DNA of 47,382 nt. Origin: Subdoligranulum sp. APC924/74 (GTDB taxonomy: Bacteria > Bacillota > Clostridia > Christensenellales > Borkfalkiaceae). This document shows positions 43,486 to 47,382 of this stretch, in pieces. Positions within the stretch are counted from its first letter, which is position 1; each line of letters begins with the position of its first letter. The translations under genes and the position numbers were made by a program. The stretch is from NCBI GenBank assembly GCA_963650905.1, contig CAVJNC010000001.1:1-47382 (forward strand), given 5' to 3'. The notes below the pieces were generated by a model. The model made no database searches, was not told the DNA's origin, and saw nothing but the letters and a program-made list of their open reading frames with translations.

Positions 43486-44867
43486 AGGGAACCGGACGGC
43501 TTGTGTTTTTTCAGCGCCGAGTAAGAAGCGAAGAAATAAATCGTTTCGGCGATGCCCGTTATTATCCAGGAAACGGGATAAAGCAGGAACAGGGACGTTA
43601 TCGTTCCGTAATAAGCGAAAACGGTGTAAATCCACACCACGCGGAACACGCACGAGCCTATGATTACGATTATCGTCGGCGTAAGACTCTTTCCTATTCC
43701 TCGCGAAGCGGCTATGGAATTGTCCATAAACGCCGAAACGCAGTAGGAAAAGCCCATGATTTTAAGTTTCTGCATTCCCGCGGCGATTACTTCGGGATCG
43801 CTGTCGAACAGAACGATGAAGAGATCGCCTTTGAAAAACAGGAATATACCGAGAGCGAGTCCGAACGCGAAAGCGTAAAGCGTCGTTATGTAATAACTCT
43901 TGATCGCTCTGTCGCGCTTGCCCGCGCCGAAGTTCTGTCCGATGAACGTCGAACAAGCGGTGTAAAACGCCATCATCGTGTTGAAAATTATCGTGTCGGC
44001 GTTCTGGGCGGTGTTTATTCCCGTAACCTCTTTATATCCGAATTTGTTTATGCCCACCTGAATGAAGATATTCGCCACGGCGAATATGCCGTTCTGAATA
44101 CCCGCGGGAACGCCGAGCGCGAGAACCTCGCCCGCTTTTTTCCATTTAAACGAGAAACTTTTCAGGTCGAGCCTGTGCGCTTCTTTTATCTTTAAAAGTC
44201 TGACGATGACGGCGACGGCGGACATATACTGCGTTATCACGCTCGCGATCGCGACGCCCTCCACGTCGAGTCCGCAGCAGAGAACGAAGAAAAAGTTAAG
44301 CCCGATGTTCGAAAGCCCCGAAACGGTGAGGTAAACCAAAGGTCTTTTGGTGTCTCCCGCCGCGCTTAAAACGCCGTTGCCGTAATTGAAAATCGCGAGG
44401 GCAGGCATTCCGAACGAGTAAATGCGGAAATACGTCACGGCTTTGTCGAGCAGTTCGGTTTTGGTTTTTAAAAGTTCGAGCAGTTGCCTTGCGAAAATAA
44501 AGCACAGGGCGAAGATTATCACGCCCGCCGCCGCGCTTAAAATAAGAGAGGTGTCCACCGTCTCTTTAACGTCCTTTTCTCTTTTCGCGCCTAAATATTG
44601 CGCTGCTTTGACGTTTATTCCCGCGCCGATGCCGATCAGAAACCCCGTGAACAGAGTCAGAAGCGTGCTTGTGGAGCCGACCGCGCCGACGGGGATCGTC
44701 GAATCCGCAACGCCTTTGCCGACGATTATTACGTCGGAAATATTGAAAAGTACCTGCAGAATCTGCGACGCCATAAGCGGCAGACTGAACAGAATTATGC
44801 CCTTGAACAGGGAGCCTTCGGTAAAAGTAGTCAGAGATTTATGTTTTTTCAGCGTCAGTTCTTTCAT
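43452..44867 (-). CDS. MATE-family multidrug efflux transporter
   Basis: 471 aa, 12 TM helices. N-terminal LPLMASQILQVLFNISDVIIVGK. Only 18 nt downstream of the rluA-like gene. Confidence 0.85.
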   Translation of the reverse strand: MKELTLKKHKSLTTFTEGSLFKGIILFSLPLMASQILQVLFNISDVIIVGKGVADSTIPVGAVGSTSTLLTLFTGFLIGIGAGINVKAAQYLGAKREKDVKETVDTSLILSAAAGVIIFALCFIFARQLLELLKTKTELLDKAVTYFRIYSFGMPALAIFNYGNGVLSAAGDTKRPLVYLTVSGLSNIGLNFFFVLCCGLDVEGVAIASVITQYMSAVAVIVRLLKIKEAHRLDLKSFSFKWKKAGEVLALGVPAGIQNGIFAVANIFIQVGINKFGYKEVTGINTAQNADTIIFNTMMAFYTACSTFIGQNFGAGKRDRAIKSYYITTLYAFAFGLALGIFLFFKGDLFIVLFDSDPEVIAAGMQKLKIMGFSYCVSAFMDNSIAASRGIGKSLTPTIIVIIGSCVFRVVWIYTVFAYYGTITSLFLLYPVSWIITGIAETIYFFASYSALKKHKPSGSLPPESDDATTV

Positions 44868-44885
44868 TTTCGTTTGTGTTCTTTA

Positions 44886-45806
44886 TTATCTGTGATTTGT
44901 CGATTCGGGCAGAGTAAGCGTTTTGCCGTGATAGCGTTTCGTCGATTCGGGCAAGGTAAGCGTTTCGCTGTGATAGCGTTTCGTCGGTTCCGGCAATATA
45001 AATGTTTTGCCGTCGAGATAAAAAAGCGGGCTTTCTTTGCCGAACCCGAGTTCGGTTTTACACGCCGTGAGTGATTGCGTTTTTTCTTTAAATCGGCTGT
45101 TAATCGACTTATAGCCGTATTTTCCGTCTCCGATTAAGGGGTGACCGACATGCGCGAGGTGCGCGCGGATTTGGTGTGTTTTGCCGGTTACGAGTTCCAC
45201 GTTGAGTAAAGACGTTTCGCCGTCCTCGGACAAAACTTCGTAGCGGGTTATGATTTTAACCGCGCCATTTTTCGGCTCGTCGAAAATTTTCACTTCCGAT
45301 TTTTTTTCGTCTTTTAAAAGGTACGCTTCGAGCGTTCCTTTTTTTTCGTCGAACGTTCCGTAAACCCTCGCCAGATAGTATTTTTTGAACGTCCGGTTTT
45401 TAAAGCCTTTCAGCAGTTCGTCGTTCGCGGTCGGATTCAGGGCGAAGAGCATTATTCCGTCGGTGTTCCTGTCCAGCCGATGAACGAAAAACGCGGTCGG
45501 GTGAGTTTTCTTTATCAATTCGAAAAAATCTTCCGAAGTTATGCCTTTGGGCTTTACCGCGACGAGAATATTGTCGTCTTCGAAGAGGACGTTTTCCGCG
45601 CGGTTATCGTAAGCGGCGGTGTAAACGCTTATTTCGTCGCCTTTCGCAACGGCAACGTCTTTGTTCGTCCGCTCGCCGTTGATTTTCACGTCCTTCCGGC
45701 GGATCAACTTCATCGCGAGCGAATAGGACATCGCGCCGTTGAATCGGGCGAGAATCGCTTCTGAAAGTTTTTCGTTGCCGTCGGCCGTAAATTTTATCAG
45801 ATTCAT
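44886..45806 (-). CDS. RluA-family pseudouridine synthase with an N-terminal S4 domain
   Basis: S4-like MKLIRRKDVKINGERTNKDVAVAKGDEISV. Catalytic motif HRLDRNTDGIMLFA. TGKTHQIRAHL also present. Start at ATG 45806 (ATGA overlap with the feoB stop). Confidence 0.8.
   Translation of the reverse strand: MNLIKFTADGNEKLSEAILARFNGAMSYSLAMKLIRRKDVKINGERTNKDVAVAKGDEISVYTAAYDNRAENVLFEDDNILVAVKPKGITSEDFFELIKKTHPTAFFVHRLDRNTDGIMLFALNPTANDELLKGFKNRTFKKYYLARVYGTFDEKKGTLEAYLLKDEKKSEVKIFDEPKNGAVKIITRYEVLSEDGETSLLNVELVTGKTHQIRAHLAHVGHPLIGDGKYGYKSINSRFKEKTQSLTACKTELGFGKESPLFYLDGKTFILPEPTKRYHSETLTLPESTKRYHGKTLTLPESTNHR
44899..45017. repeat. About 2.8 x 42-nt in-frame tandem repeat inside the 3' end of the pseudouridine synthase gene
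   Basis: Copies at 44899-44940 and 44941-44982, with a diverged copy from 44983. The encoded C-terminus reads ...ILPEPTKRYHSETLTLPESTKRYHGKTLTLPESTNHR*. Confidence 0.9.
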
Positions 45807-47382
45807 ATAAAAATTCCCGTTAAGTAATATACCGCGTAAGCCGCGGAGAGAGCGACGAGCAGTTGATAAACCGCCGAAATCAGGGCGTACCCGAAGCCGA
45901 CGGTTTTTCTTATCGCCGAAAGCGCGGTTAAACACGGCGTGTAAAGGTAACAGAACGCGACGAGCGCAAGCCCCTGATCGACCGCGAGTCGTAACCCCTC
46001 GGGGTAAAGCAGCGAAAACGACGAAACGACGCTTTCTTTTGCGAATATTCCCGAAAGGAGCGCGGCGGGCATACGCCAGTCGAAGCCCATAGGCTCGAAC
46101 GCGAACGCTAAACCGGAGCCGAGCCTTGCCAGAACCGAGCGGTCGATGTCTTGCCGCGAGAGCAATTCTGCGCTCGGCGAAACGTTCGCGCCCAGCCACA
46201 CCGCCAGCGAAACGCAGAACACGACCGTGGATAACCTGATTATAAACTCTTTGAAAGTTTTTAGCAAGGATTTTAACAGGGGGAACAACTCGGGAATTTT
46301 AAAATTTGCGATTTCTTCGATCAACGGTTCGGGCTTCCCCCTGACGACCGTTTTCGAAAGCAACAGAGAATGAACGAGCGGGGCGGCGAGCGAGAGAAGA
46401 TATACGACGCAGATGACGAGAAAAGCGTATTTTTCAAACGCCGCTTTCGCCACGAACAGATAAACGGGCGTTCTTGCCGAGCAACTTATGAACGGCATCG
46501 AAAGCACTGCGCGAAGCCGCACGTTTTCGTCGTCTATTCCGTTCGCCGTAACCGCGGAAACCGCGGTGCAGCCGAATCCGCAGGCGAGAGAATAAACGCT
46601 TTTGCCGGAGAGCGAAAAGAATTTCAACGTTCCGTCCGTAACGGCGGAAATTCTCGAAAGATAACCCGACCGGTCGAGAAAATCGAGACAGAACGAAAGA
46701 GCGCAAATCTGCGGAATGAATTCCGCCACGCCCGACAGTCCGCCGATAACGCCTTCGGAAAGGAGCCTTGCGAGAAACAGATTGCGCGGCGCAAGCGAAT
46801 CGTAAACCCGATTAGCGACGAAATCGTTCAATAATCGACTTATAGCCCCGCTTATCGTCGCTATCGGAGAATTATTGCCGAAAGCGAACCAGAAGCAGAA
46901 GAGCATGACGAGGACGAAAACGGGGAGCGCGGTGAATCTGCTCGCGACGATTTTTTCAAATGTCGGGCGATGGCTTTCGGGCGCGACGTAACCGAACGGC
47001 TCGTTCGTTGCCCGCAAAATCGGAATTTCGCCGAATATCTTTTCTTTTAATTTTCTGACGTCGCGTTCGTTTATCGCCTCGCCGCGGATGACTTCAACGC
47101 CCGCGCTTTTCCCGAATTCTTCCGCATTCAGTTCGCCGCCGCGCTTCAAAAAGTCCGCGTATAAGTTGATAAACGCCACAATCGGCACGCCGAACGATTT
47201 CAATTCGCGGATCAGTCTCAACCCCCGTTTCAACTTTTCCGCCTCGACGACGACAACGATTGCGGAAAAACCGCCTTTTTTCAGCGTTTCCGCCGCGGCG
47301 TTTTCTTCGGCGTCGTGGTTTTTGAGAGAGTAAATGCCGGGGAGGTCCGTTATTTCCGCCGTTTCGGTCTTCAGTCGGGCGG
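45803..47382 (-). CDS. feoB: Ferrous iron transporter FeoB (5' end lies outside the window)
   Basis: The reading frame stays open to the window edge. G-domain G3 motif TDLPGIYSL is encoded at about 47320-47346. A polytopic membrane domain follows. The ORF-track TTG at 47233 is internal. Confidence 0.8.
   Translation of the reverse strand, partial: ARLKTETAEITDLPGIYSLKNHDAEENAAAETLKKGGFSAIVVVVEAEKLKRGLRLIRELKSFGVPIVAFINLYADFLKRGGELNAEEFGKSAGVEVIRGEAINERDVRKLKEKIFGEIPILRATNEPFGYVAPESHRPTFEKIVASRFTALPVFVLVMLFCFWFAFGNNSPIATISGAISRLLNDFVANRVYDSLAPRNLFLARLLSEGVIGGLSGVAEFIPQICALSFCLDFLDRSGYLSRISAVTDGTLKFFSLSGKSVYSLACGFGCTAVSAVTANGIDDENVRLRAVLSMPFISCSARTPVYLFVAKAAFEKYAFLVICVVYLLSLAAPLVHSLLLSKTVVRGKPEPLIEEIANFKIPELFPLLKSLLKTFKEFIIRLSTVVFCVSLAVWLGANVSPSAELLSRQDIDRSVLARLGSGLAFAFEPMGFDWRMPAALLSGIFAKESVVSSFSLLYPEGLRLAVDQGLALVAFCYLYTPCLTALSAIRKTVGFGYALISAVYQLLVALSAAYAVYYLTGIFI

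Noticed and set aside
1656-46199. N-terminal extensions in the ORF track (1802, 4099, 8967, 17624, 23693, 36038, 40551, 43374, 46199)
   Set aside because: The extensions are basic or low-complexity. They overlap upstream genes, promoters or structured leaders and lack a Shine-Dalgarno sequence. Internal starts with good ribosome-binding sites coincide with the conserved N-termini of the respective families.
1-47382. Mobile genetic element, prophage, defence island or biosynthetic gene cluster
   Set aside because: No integrase, transposase, recombinase, phage structural, restriction-modification, Cas, toxin-antitoxin or core biosynthetic enzyme signatures were seen in any frame. No long terminal inverted or direct repeats bracket any segment.

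Overview
47.4-kb gene-dense chromosomal segment that looks like an anaerobic Firmicute (Clostridia/Ruminococcaceae-like gene content, about 50% GC, visibly CpG-rich). I support 41 protein-coding genes. I found no rRNA, tRNA, CRISPR array, transposase, integrase or phage genes. Gene content by position: a small lipoprotein, XRE regulators and an ArsP_2-type metal permease (0-3 kb); AraC plus a nucleoside hydrolase (3-5 kb); a marR-controlled heterodimeric ABC exporter (5-9.5 kb); a YugP-like Zn peptidase; a tetR-controlled ABC-2 system with two ATPases (10.5-14.7 kb); TerB-like and YoaK-like proteins; MATE plus LysR (16-18.6 kb); an XRE-cupin regulator plus potABCD with atypically large PotA and PotD (18.7-24.2 kb); a NodB deacetylase and a tandem-OB protein; a second heterodimeric ABC exporter plus MATE (26.4-31.5 kb); a 9-kb operon rex-adhE-APH-like kinase-2x thioredoxin-like [2Fe-2S] ferredoxin-hydS (PAS-containing sensory-type [FeFe] hydrogenase)-PP2C phosphatase-hydA (31.6-40.6 kb); then LysR, two more MATE pumps, an RluA-family pseudouridine synthase and a 5'-truncated feoB. 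Four things deserve a second look. (1) The hydS/kinase/phosphatase/rex/adhE operon is a putative H2/redox-sensing signalling module whose output mechanism is unknown. (2) Two paralogous ~90-nt promoter-plus-hairpin modules with compensatory stem substitutions sit upstream of the ABC exporter and the MATE gene. (3) A MATE leader carries an intrinsic terminator followed by a perfect 44-nt palindrome. (4) Short, slightly diverged tandem duplications are unusually dense, and several span stop or start codons. All calls come from reading the sequence and ORF translations. No database search was run.
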